In this document: positions 37,414-45,118 of the stretch, piece after piece | How positions within the stretch are numbered: position 1 is the stretch's first letter | Layout of the letters: the number at the start of each line of letters is the position of its first letter | Source: Candidatus Nanohalalkaliarchaeum halalkaliphilum | GTDB taxonomy: Archaea; Nanohalarchaeota; Nanosalinia; Nanosalinales; Nanohalalkaliarchaeaceae | Assembly: GCA_022729315.1 (NCBI GenBank) | Contig: JALDAF010000002.1 | Coordinates: forward strand, 1-47,532 | Direction of reading: 5' to 3' | Length of the DNA: 47,532 bases | Position numbers and translations under genes: made by a program | Notes under the pieces: generated by a model | Database searches by the model: none | What the model saw: only the letters and a program-made list of their open reading frames with translations | What the model was told of the DNA's origin: nothing

Positions 37414-37991
37414 GGCTCCTCCCCCGGAATATATTCATACACTTCAACATCTGTTTTCCCTGTTTTTCCGTGCTGGTAAAACGCGGCGATCTCGCCGGCC
37501 GCCTCCCAGCCGAACCGGTTCATGTACCGGTTCACAGCATCGATCCGTTCCTTTCCCTTCTGCAGTGCTTCCTCACGGATCACCGCCTTCTTTTCCGTAG
37601 TATCGTCCACATCCCTGACCGATTCCAGGTTCTTCCCCGTGGTCTCAACACAGTACACGGTCCGGGTCTCCCGGTCGAACCGGGCGACATCAAGTTCGAT
37701 CGCGGTCTGTTCCCGCCATCCCGCGTCCTCGTACAGGTAGAACTCGCTTACCAGCACCAGCGGGTACTGATCGTTGTCTCCCTGTAGAATCTGTTCAAAC
37801 ACGTTGACGCGCTCCTTCGTGGAGTCGAATGTTTCGTTACTGCGGTCCCAGGTATACGCTGTCCGCGTGTTCTGTTCCCGCTCCAGTATCGTCTGTAGCA
37901 CGCGGTCGTGCCGGGAACCTCCCATCGTGTACGGTACGGTGAACGTGTCTTCCGGGCCGTTCACCGCCTGTAACGTGGGGTGTTGCATCAT
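37410..37991 (-). CDS. Hypothetical protein, 193 aa, co-translated between the phosphoesterase and the RNB nuclease
   Basis: Its ATG shares 1 nt with the upstream stop (TGATG), and its stop overlaps the RNB start. A possible nuclease-like core (VSEFYLYED...IELDV...VYCVETTGK) is speculative. Confidence 0.55.
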   Translation of the reverse strand: MMQHPTLQAVNGPEDTFTVPYTMGGSRHDRVLQTILEREQNTRTAYTWDRSNETFDSTKERVNVFEQILQGDNDQYPLVLVSEFYLYEDAGWREQTAIELDVARFDRETRTVYCVETTGKNLESVRDVDDTTEKKAVIREEALQKGKERIDAVNRYMNRFGWEAAGEIAAFYQHGKTGKTDVEVYEYIPGEEP

Positions 37992-38893
37992 CAGTCCGCC
38001 ACCACCATCAGTTCCTCTTGTTCCCGTTCAATTTCACTTATCAGCTGTTCTGCCTCCTCCTGGAGGTTGTAGTATTTCTGTGGGAGGACAAACCGCTGCT
38101 CGATATCCGGTACCTGATGATCTGTTTCTTTTTCCGTGAACCCGCCGTCCTCCAGTGAGAACCGCTGGTATTCAAACAGTTCCGCTTCCGGATCGTCCGC
38201 ATCAAGATCGATATGGTACAGTTCAACATCCTCCCCCATCCGGAGCACCTGAAGGCTGCGATCCGGCATCCCGTCCCGGGCATGGTAGTTCTTGAACCGG
38301 CTTCCGACCCCGATAACCAGCGAGTTCCGGAGTACACGTGCATACGGTGTATGAGTGTGCCCGTACAGCAATATCTGCGGATCATCCAGTTCATGGTGGT
38401 CTCCCCAGACCTCGGCCTGCCGGGGTGTCGTATACCAGTCCACGTTCAGGTCCTTCGGATCATGCTTCATCCGGATCGGTACGGACTGTCCGCCCACGTT
38501 TCCATAACTTGTTATCTCCTTTCCGTATGCCACGCGGCCTGACCTGTCCAGATCGTGCAGCAGGTCGCTGTCCCTGTCCGTTGCACCGTTATACCACCCG
38601 GTCCGTCCATCCCCGGACTGTTCCACGTCCCCGTCACCGATAGCGATACTTACCTGTTCGAACCCGTACGGCAGAAACGCATCCTCGTGTTCGTCCTCAA
38701 CAAGCCACGCCTTCACATCCTCCACCTCCCCGATGTCACCGCCCAGCCAGACCTCATCGGCATCGTACCGGTCAGCATACCAGGACAGGCTGTTCCGGAT
38801 CGTCTCCCGCAGAGACTCTCGGCGCTTATCCTCCTCCTCACCGGGATGGAGGTCCGATGCAAGCACGATCGTCCGGTAGGCGTCGTCCGTCAT
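37991..38893 (-). CDS. Calcineurin-like metallophosphoesterase
   Basis: VLASDLH, WLGGDIGE and LLYGHTHTP motifs. Start placed at MTDDAYR (38893). The TTG-initiated extension to 39091 is Cys/His/Trp-rich and non-acidic. Confidence 0.7.
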   Translation of the reverse strand: MTDDAYRTIVLASDLHPGEEEDKRRESLRETIRNSLSWYADRYDADEVWLGGDIGEVEDVKAWLVEDEHEDAFLPYGFEQVSIAIGDGDVEQSGDGRTGWYNGATDRDSDLLHDLDRSGRVAYGKEITSYGNVGGQSVPIRMKHDPKDLNVDWYTTPRQAEVWGDHHELDDPQILLYGHTHTPYARVLRNSLVIGVGSRFKNYHARDGMPDRSLQVLRMGEDVELYHIDLDADDPEAELFEYQRFSLEDGGFTEKETDHQVPDIEQRFVLPQKYYNLQEEAEQLISEIEREQEELMVVAD

Positions 38894-39140
38894 CCGTGGG
38901 GAAACATACGTCTGGGTGATAACGTCGTCATCCGGAGCAGAACGGCTCACCGGCAACCACCCTCCATGCAGGAGGATCGAACAGCATACCCGGGTGTGGT
39001 GGATAGTAACCTGTAGAAGAAACGGTGTTCCTGTAACGGACGTTCGTGGAATCCCCCCATTAATCGCCCTGTTTAAGGTTACGGCCAGCAACTATATAAA
39101 TGTTCGTCTGTCCGCGGGATGGATGCAGGATATCTTCGTC

Positions 39141-39710
39141 TCACCAGTACTGCTTCCACACAATATACAGGACGATGACCGCGGCCGCAACGCCCAGCAT
39201 GACGAGACCGAACGACCCGTACAGGAACGACACGATCTCCTCCCCGTACCACATGATAAGAACCGCTTCTGTGAAGAACCTGAACCCCCGTGACAGGAAC
39301 GATACCACGATGAACGCTCTGAAATCCAGTTTGAACGCGCCAGAGCTGATGGTGAACACCTTATAGGGGACGGGAGACATCCCTGCAACCCCGACAGCCA
39401 GTACCCCCCACCGCTCATAGTACCGGTCCACGCGACCGATGTTCTTCCGGGACACCGTCTTCTTCAGGACCGGGCGCCCACCCCTGTATCCGACATAGTA
39501 GCCGAACGCCGCTCCCATCACCGATCCAATGGTCGTGACCGCGGCGTAGACCAGTGCCAGCTCCGGCGTGGCCAGCGCCAGCGGGATCAGTATCACGTCC
39601 GCCGGCAACGGGAGGAACGACGAGTTCAGAAATGAAACAATGAACAGGCCGACCATACCCATCGCTTCAAACAGTTCCTCGGCCGCCGCCAATAGCCCGG
39701 TCAACACCAT
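39141..39710 (-). CDS. DedA/YqaA (VTT-domain) family membrane protein
   Basis: 189 aa with about 4-5 TM segments. Motifs are FLPLPADVILIPLAL and GYYVGYRGGRP. Confidence 0.75.
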   Translation of the reverse strand: MVLTGLLAAAEELFEAMGMVGLFIVSFLNSSFLPLPADVILIPLALATPELALVYAAVTTIGSVMGAAFGYYVGYRGGRPVLKKTVSRKNIGRVDRYYERWGVLAVGVAGMSPVPYKVFTISSGAFKLDFRAFIVVSFLSRGFRFFTEAVLIMWYGEEIVSFLYGSFGLVMLGVAAAVIVLYIVWKQYW

Positions 39711-39826
39711 AACATCTTTTTGGAGACGATTCTTTTAGAAGATATTCGCCCCTCCAGCCTTCGATAACGACGCCGCACAGAGAGATATTAAAGCCTGAAA
39801 TAACAACAGCACTGTGGACAAATACC

Positions 39827-41236
39827 ATGGAACTCCATCCACAGGCACAGGATCTGCTGAAACTTCTGAAGGAGAAGGAATCCGTATCGGTCGCTGAACT
39901 GGAAGAGGATCGGTCGCACGGCGAGGTGATGCGGCCCGCCCAGTGGCTGGCAGATGAAGGCCTTATCGACATCGAGGAAGACACTGTCGAAGTCTATGCA
40001 TTGACAGCGGACGGGGAGGACGCGCTTGAGAACGGGCTACCCGAGGAACAGGTCCTGGAGATGGTGCAGGGCGGTGACAACACTGTTGAGGCGGTGCGCA
40101 GCCTCGGAGAGATCGCCGGTCCCGGCATCGGCAAGGCCAAGGAGAAAGGACTGATCGAGATCCGTGACGGCACCCTGCACCTGACAGATGCAGGACGGGA
40201 GATGCTTGACGAGGAACACCGTGAACTGGCTGAACTGGACGCAGTGCAGAACGGTGAGGATATCGATGATGAGATGGCGGAGGTGCTGCTTGATCGTGGA
40301 CTGATCCAGCGGAAGGAACGCACCGCCCGCACGTTAACGATAACAGAGAACGGGAAGGAACTGGATCTGCGTACCGTGTCCGATGCGTTCAACGTGGAGG
40401 CAGATGCACGGGATGCGCTGGTAGGCAGGAAACATTTCGCCCGTGAAGTATACGATTACATCCGCCGGACCTGGGTGGAGATGGGGTTCAAGGAGATGAA
40501 GGGGCCGATCGTTGTGCCGTCACTCCTGAACTTCGACGCGCTGTACACGCCGCAGGACCATCCGGCCCGCGAGCTCCATGACACGTTCTTCATGGAGGTC
40601 CCGGAGGATGCAGACCTGTCCGTCTACGGGTCCAGCGTTGACTGGATTAAGCATACCCATGAGCACGGATGGGAGACCGGGAGCACTGGATGGCAGTACG
40701 ACTGGAGTGAAGACGAGGCAGCCCGGAACGTGCTGCGGACCCATACGACCGCGGTCTCAGCGAAGACCCTCCACGAGCTGACCGAAGACGATCTACCGGC
40801 CAAGTTCTTCTCACTGGGCCGTAACTTCCGGAACGAGACCGTGGACTGGAAGCACCTCGCCGAGTTCAACCAGTCCGAAGGCATCGTGGTCGACCCGGAT
40901 GCCAACTTCAGGCACCTGCTCGGATACCTGCAGCGGTTTTTCACCAGACTGGGGTATGCGGATGTCCGGTTCCGACCCGCCTACTATCCATACACGGAGA
41001 TGTCCGTGGAGATCGATGTTTACGACGGGGAGAAACAGGAGTGGGTGGGACTGGGCGGTGCCGGCATGTTCCGGCCCGAAGTCGTGAAACCACTGGTCGG
41101 GTTCGAAGTACCGGTGCTGGCCTGGGGTCTCGGCCCCGGCCGGATCATCATGCGGAAGCACGGCCTCACCGATATCCGGGACATGTACCGGAACGACCTG
41201 GAACTCCTGCGAAACGCACAGGGGTGGTTGAAGTGA
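39827..41236 (+). CDS. pheS: Phenylalanine--tRNA ligase alpha subunit (archaeal)
   Basis: N-terminal wHTH repeats and a class II core with HPARELHDTFF, FRNETVDWKHLAEFNQSEG and GLGGAGMFRPEV. Confidence 0.9.
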   Translation: MELHPQAQDLLKLLKEKESVSVAELEEDRSHGEVMRPAQWLADEGLIDIEEDTVEVYALTADGEDALENGLPEEQVLEMVQGGDNTVEAVRSLGEIAGPGIGKAKEKGLIEIRDGTLHLTDAGREMLDEEHRELAELDAVQNGEDIDDEMAEVLLDRGLIQRKERTARTLTITENGKELDLRTVSDAFNVEADARDALVGRKHFAREVYDYIRRTWVEMGFKEMKGPIVVPSLLNFDALYTPQDHPARELHDTFFMEVPEDADLSVYGSSVDWIKHTHEHGWETGSTGWQYDWSEDEAARNVLRTHTTAVSAKTLHELTEDDLPAKFFSLGRNFRNETVDWKHLAEFNQSEGIVVDPDANFRHLLGYLQRFFTRLGYADVRFRPAYYPYTEMSVEIDVYDGEKQEWVGLGGAGMFRPEVVKPLVGFEVPVLAWGLGPGRIIMRKHGLTDIRDMYRNDLELLRNAQGWLK

Positions 41237-41325
41237 GGTTCCGCGATGCGGAGACCGGCAAAGCCGGTCCGAGAACTGCCGCCTGCTTCTCTGGGCAGGC
41301 GAATGCACGGGGGTGGTTGAAGTAA
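41216..41325. repeat. Direct duplication of the pheS 3' end (21 nt, 19/21 identical, 89-nt period) flanking a two-hairpin spacer
   Basis: GCACAGGGGTGGTTGAAGTGA at 41216-41236 versus GCACGGGGGTGGTTGAAGTAA at 41305-41325. The second copy is followed directly by the pheT ATG at 41326. Confidence 0.9.
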
Positions 41326-43035
41326 ATGGCAGTGATAGACGTGAAGAAGACGGATCTGGAGAAGATGGTCGGCAAAGAACTATCTATAGAGCGGCTGGAG
41401 CAGGAGGGGTCCATGCTCGGCATATTATTTGAACGCTCGGGGAACTCACCGAGTTCCCTTGATCGAGCGAACGCTTCGAGTTCGTCGAGTACCGATGAAG
41501 ACAATAAGATCGCGGTCGAGGTAGAGCCGAACCGGCCAGACCTGCTGTCCGCGGAAGGCGTGGCACGCGCCCTGAAAGGGTTCTTCGAGATCGAGACGGG
41601 GGCCGTGGACTATCCTGTCACAGGCGGCGATGTCACCGTTACCGTGGATGACAGTGTGGAGGACGTACGGCCCTTTATCGCGTGTGCACGGATCACCGGA
41701 CTGGAGTTGAGTGAAACCGCTCTCAACAGTCTGATCCAACTGCAGGAGAAGCTGACGGAGACGTACGGCCGGAAACGGGAGAAGATCGCGATCGGTCTCC
41801 ACGACGCTGCACCGCTTACCGATGATATCACGTACAAAGCGGTTGATCCCGCGTACAAATTTATACCGCTCGGCCACGACACTGAACTGTCGATGGCGGA
41901 GATACTGGAGGACCATGAGAAAGGAAAGGAGTACGGGTGGATCGTGGAGGACTTCGAGAAGTACCCGCTGATCGTTGATAGCGAGGAGACCGTGCTGTCG
42001 TTCCCTCCCGTCATCAACGGCGTTGCGACCGCGGTGACGACAGAGACAACCGATCTGTTCCTGGACGTGACCGGCACATCGAAACGTGAGGTGGAGACCG
42101 CGCTGAACATCCTGGTCGCAGCAGCACATGAACGGGGCGGAACCATCGAATCCGTGACCGTTGACGGCACTGAACTGCCGGACATGGAACGGGAGACGCA
42201 TACCGTGGATCCTGATTACGTCCGCAGCATCTCGGGCCTGGACGATCTGTCCGCTGACGGCATGGCTGAGCAGCTGGAGACACTGAACTACGGCGCACAC
42301 GGCGAGGACGGAGAACTCCAAGTGGAGGTACCGGCGTACCGGGCGGACATCATGCATGACTACGATATCATCGAGGACGTGGTAATCGGATACGGGTACG
42401 ACAACCTCAATGAACATATCCCGGATATCGCCACGATCGGCGCACAGACACAGGAACGCGTGTTCACCGACAAACTCCGCGAACTCATGGTCGGTGCCGG
42501 AGGACTGGAGGTGATGACATTCATCCTGTCCAACCGCGACACCCTGTTCGGGAAGATGGATCGGGATGACTCGGAGATCGTCACGATGGCGAACCCGTTG
42601 ACCGAGGACTATGCAGTGGTGCGGAACTGGCTGCTGCCCAGCCTTATGGAGGTGCTGGGAAACAATCAGCACAACCGGTACCCGCAGACCGTGTTCGAGG
42701 TCGGGCTATGCTCCCAGCTGTCGGACGATACCGCCACCGGTGCGGAGGATATGCGGAAGCTGGCGTACGCCGCCGCCGACCGGGACGTGGGATTCTCCGA
42801 TGTCCGCAGTGTGCTGCAGTCGCTGGCGCGGTGGCTGGGTGTCGAACTACGGGTGGAGGAAGCGGACCACGAAAGTTTCACGGAGAACCGGTGCGGCACC
42901 GTCTACGTGGACGGACACGAGGCCGGTATCATCGGCGAGATCTCGGACAGCGTATCAGAGAACTGGGGGCTGGAAGAGGTGGACGTGGCTGCATTCGAAC
43001 TTGATGTGGAGACACTGCGGACGGCCTCAGAATGA
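41326..43035 (+). CDS. pheT: Phenylalanine--tRNA ligase beta subunit (archaeal)
   Basis: 569 aa. B3/4-type and B5 domain order with VEVEPNRPDLLS and a C-terminal class II-like fold. It lies immediately downstream of pheS. Confidence 0.9.
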   Translation: MAVIDVKKTDLEKMVGKELSIERLEQEGSMLGILFERSGNSPSSLDRANASSSSSTDEDNKIAVEVEPNRPDLLSAEGVARALKGFFEIETGAVDYPVTGGDVTVTVDDSVEDVRPFIACARITGLELSETALNSLIQLQEKLTETYGRKREKIAIGLHDAAPLTDDITYKAVDPAYKFIPLGHDTELSMAEILEDHEKGKEYGWIVEDFEKYPLIVDSEETVLSFPPVINGVATAVTTETTDLFLDVTGTSKREVETALNILVAAAHERGGTIESVTVDGTELPDMERETHTVDPDYVRSISGLDDLSADGMAEQLETLNYGAHGEDGELQVEVPAYRADIMHDYDIIEDVVIGYGYDNLNEHIPDIATIGAQTQERVFTDKLRELMVGAGGLEVMTFILSNRDTLFGKMDRDDSEIVTMANPLTEDYAVVRNWLLPSLMEVLGNNQHNRYPQTVFEVGLCSQLSDDTATGAEDMRKLAYAAADRDVGFSDVRSVLQSLARWLGVELRVEEADHESFTENRCGTVYVDGHEAGIIGEISDSVSENWGLEEVDVAAFELDVETLRTASE

Positions 43036-43148
43036 TGCTCTGCTACCGTGGCGCAAAACGCCGGTCGTAGTCTTCATCAATCACTTCTTCGCCACGCATC
43101 CGAACCGGACAACGATATCGCACCGGAGCTACGTCGGTACTATCCCTC

Positions 43149-43489
43149 CTATTCATATGGTACTGCGTCTTCCAACGTTTCCACCAGCTGATCCCGGGCA
43201 AGTTCGATATGTTCAACGGCTTCTTCATTGATCGGGTACGTACGCGGGTGACGCCGGACCTGACTGTCAAGGATCTTCTTGACGAAGTGCATCTTGAGCA
43301 ATCCCTCCATCTCCTCCTCATCCTCCGGTGTCTCCACCGGATCACGATACGGGGATCCCGTCGTTCACGATGGTTGTTTAGATGCGTATTGAAACTTCCA
43401 ACTGCTTTGTTATACAGCAAACATTCCTGATGCAGTTGGTCCTGGACGAATTCCTCGTCCCCTGCTCCCTGATACCCTACCGACGACAT
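43149..43489 (-). CDS. Small acidic protein gene that appears frameshifted (two frames)
   Basis: The promoter-proximal ATG at 43489 (ATATAAACTTATAAGG about 36 nt upstream) opens a plausible MSSVGYQGAGDEEFVQDQL... frame. That frame turns Arg-rich and implausible after about 43345. A second frame, open from 43364, encodes acidic ETPEDEEEMEGLLKMHFVKKILDSQ... and ends at 43149. Confidence 0.3.
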
Positions 43490-43609
43490 TTTTTATCACA
43501 ACACGGTAGTAGTACTGTGGCGTTTCCTTATAAGTTTATATGTCCTACAGCACCAGGATTAAACAAACGTTCGACAAGAACAGGTTTTTCCAGAGTGACA
43601 GTGAACCGG

Positions 43610-44257
43610 TTAGAATGACGCCATTGCTTCTTCAAGCGCCCGAATGATGGTTTCTGCGTACAGTTCCCGGTTTTCTTCAGAGACAGGCAGTTCTCTGTTG
43701 CTGTCAGCGATAACGGTGGCGACACTCGTGTGTGGAACTGTGTGCGTCATAAGTCCCATATGAGGATTATTCTCCTCACCGGTCCAAGTGTAATTAAATT
43801 TATCCGTGTTCACGCGTAGAAAGCCCTCGGTCTCGGCAGGGTCAACTCCGTACCGGTTAAGTGCATCGGGATTGACCCGGACATATGTTTCATCAACGGA
43901 ATTAAGGAGTCGTTCTACTTCTTTTGGTTCTAAGTCCACGTTCAGTTTCTGGTTCCATACCGTGCCAGCGTCCTCCGATAACACCGCTTCGTATGCCACG
44001 TCAGGATGGTAACTGTCAGCAAGAATCTTTGCATCACGCAGCGCACTTCCCGTCGTATATCCCTCAGGGTTCTGCCACAGAACACTTACAAACCCTGTGC
44101 TGTCCCCGGTATAGTACGGGCCAACGGTTTTACGTCCTCCGGATCTGGATACTGCAGTCCCCTCTGATTCTTCGAATCGCTGAATAGAATACGCCACATC
44201 ATCTTCAATAAGGCACTGATCCCACTCATCTTTTTCGCGAAACGTGTAGTCCTTCAT
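43610..44257 (-). CDS. Hypothetical protein, 215 aa, compositionally atypical (lower GC)
   Basis: The ATG lies 18 nt after the minD-like stop, with TGGAGTGGT (SD-like) in the gap. No motif recognised. Confidence 0.55.
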   Translation of the reverse strand: MKDYTFREKDEWDQCLIEDDVAYSIQRFEESEGTAVSRSGGRKTVGPYYTGDSTGFVSVLWQNPEGYTTGSALRDAKILADSYHPDVAYEAVLSEDAGTVWNQKLNVDLEPKEVERLLNSVDETYVRVNPDALNRYGVDPAETEGFLRVNTDKFNYTWTGEENNPHMGLMTHTVPHTSVATVIADSNRELPVSEENRELYAETIIRALEEAMASF

Positions 44258-44275
44258 CAGAAACCACTCCAGAGA

Positions 44276-45043
44276 TCACTTGAAGAAGTTCATGATCTTG
44301 TTGAACAGGCCTTCGGACCGGTTTTCCGGCACGTATTCGATGCCTGCAAGGTCGGCTGCGAGTTTCCGGAACCGTTCCGAGACGTGGTGATCGTCTGCGT
44401 GGTGGACGACCGGTGCCTTGTTGGAGATGGCGTCGTCGAACACTTCATGGTCCGGGATCTCTGTGACCACCGGATATCCGATCATGTCCTCGATCTCCTC
44501 CACGGATAGTTCAGATTCGTTGTCGCGCACGCGGTTCAGTACCACGCCGAGAATATGTGTGCCGGCTTCCTCCGCGATCTTACAGGTTTTCAGTGCATCC
44601 GTGACAGCGGGCAGGTTCGGGTTGGTGACGATAATAACTTCGTCCGCTGCCTCGATTGCATGGATGGATTCGCGTCCGAGACCTGCTGCGGAGTCCAGTA
44701 ACACGAACTCTGGTTCGCCGACCGTATCAAGCAGAACGTCTCCAAGGTTCTCCGGTGACGTGTTCCGCAGATCCTCCACCGAGAGGCCTGCCGGAACGAC
44801 CCGGAGCCCGGAGTTGTGGATATACGTGGCTTCGGTGATGTGTGCGTCGCCCCGGAGCACGTCGTGCAGTGTCACCGGGTACAGCGGGATGCCCAGGTGG
44901 AAGCCCAGGTTGGGATTGGTCAGGTTCGTGTCCATGACCACGGTATCAACACCGAACTCTGTCAGTGCAGACCCGAGATTTGATGTCAGCGTGGTTTTTC
45001 CAACGCCTCCCTTCCCACTAGAAACACAGATCAGCCGTGTCAT
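44276..45043 (-). CDS. minD: MinD/ParA-family P-loop ATPase
   Basis: Deviant Walker A SSGKGGVGKTT, Walker B VLLDSAAG, and a C-terminal amphipathic GLFNKIMNFFK. Confidence 0.85.
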   Translation of the reverse strand: MTRLICVSSGKGGVGKTTLTSNLGSALTEFGVDTVVMDTNLTNPNLGFHLGIPLYPVTLHDVLRGDAHITEATYIHNSGLRVVPAGLSVEDLRNTSPENLGDVLLDTVGEPEFVLLDSAAGLGRESIHAIEAADEVIIVTNPNLPAVTDALKTCKIAEEAGTHILGVVLNRVRDNESELSVEEIEDMIGYPVVTEIPDHEVFDDAISNKAPVVHHADDHHVSERFRKLAADLAGIEYVPENRSEGLFNKIMNFFK

Positions 45044-45118
45044 TATGTGTGTCTCATTAGTGGTTAAGTCTTTTATAATGAACGGATACCGGCATGAGTG
45101 GATATTCTTCCATCACAG

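Noticed and set aside
38894-39091. TTG-initiated 66-codon extension of the metallophosphoesterase ORF
   Set aside because: The extension is Cys/His/Trp-rich and non-acidic. The first phosphoesterase motif follows directly after the ATG at 38893.
41446-42672. 408-aa ORF antisense to pheT
   Set aside because: Shadow ORF. pheT is strongly supported and the antisense product has an implausible composition.
43043-43489. 148-aa ORF taken at face value as one gene
   Set aside because: Its last two thirds are extremely Arg-rich, the expected shadow of the acidic frame 43149-43337. I treat the locus as a possible frameshifted gene instead.
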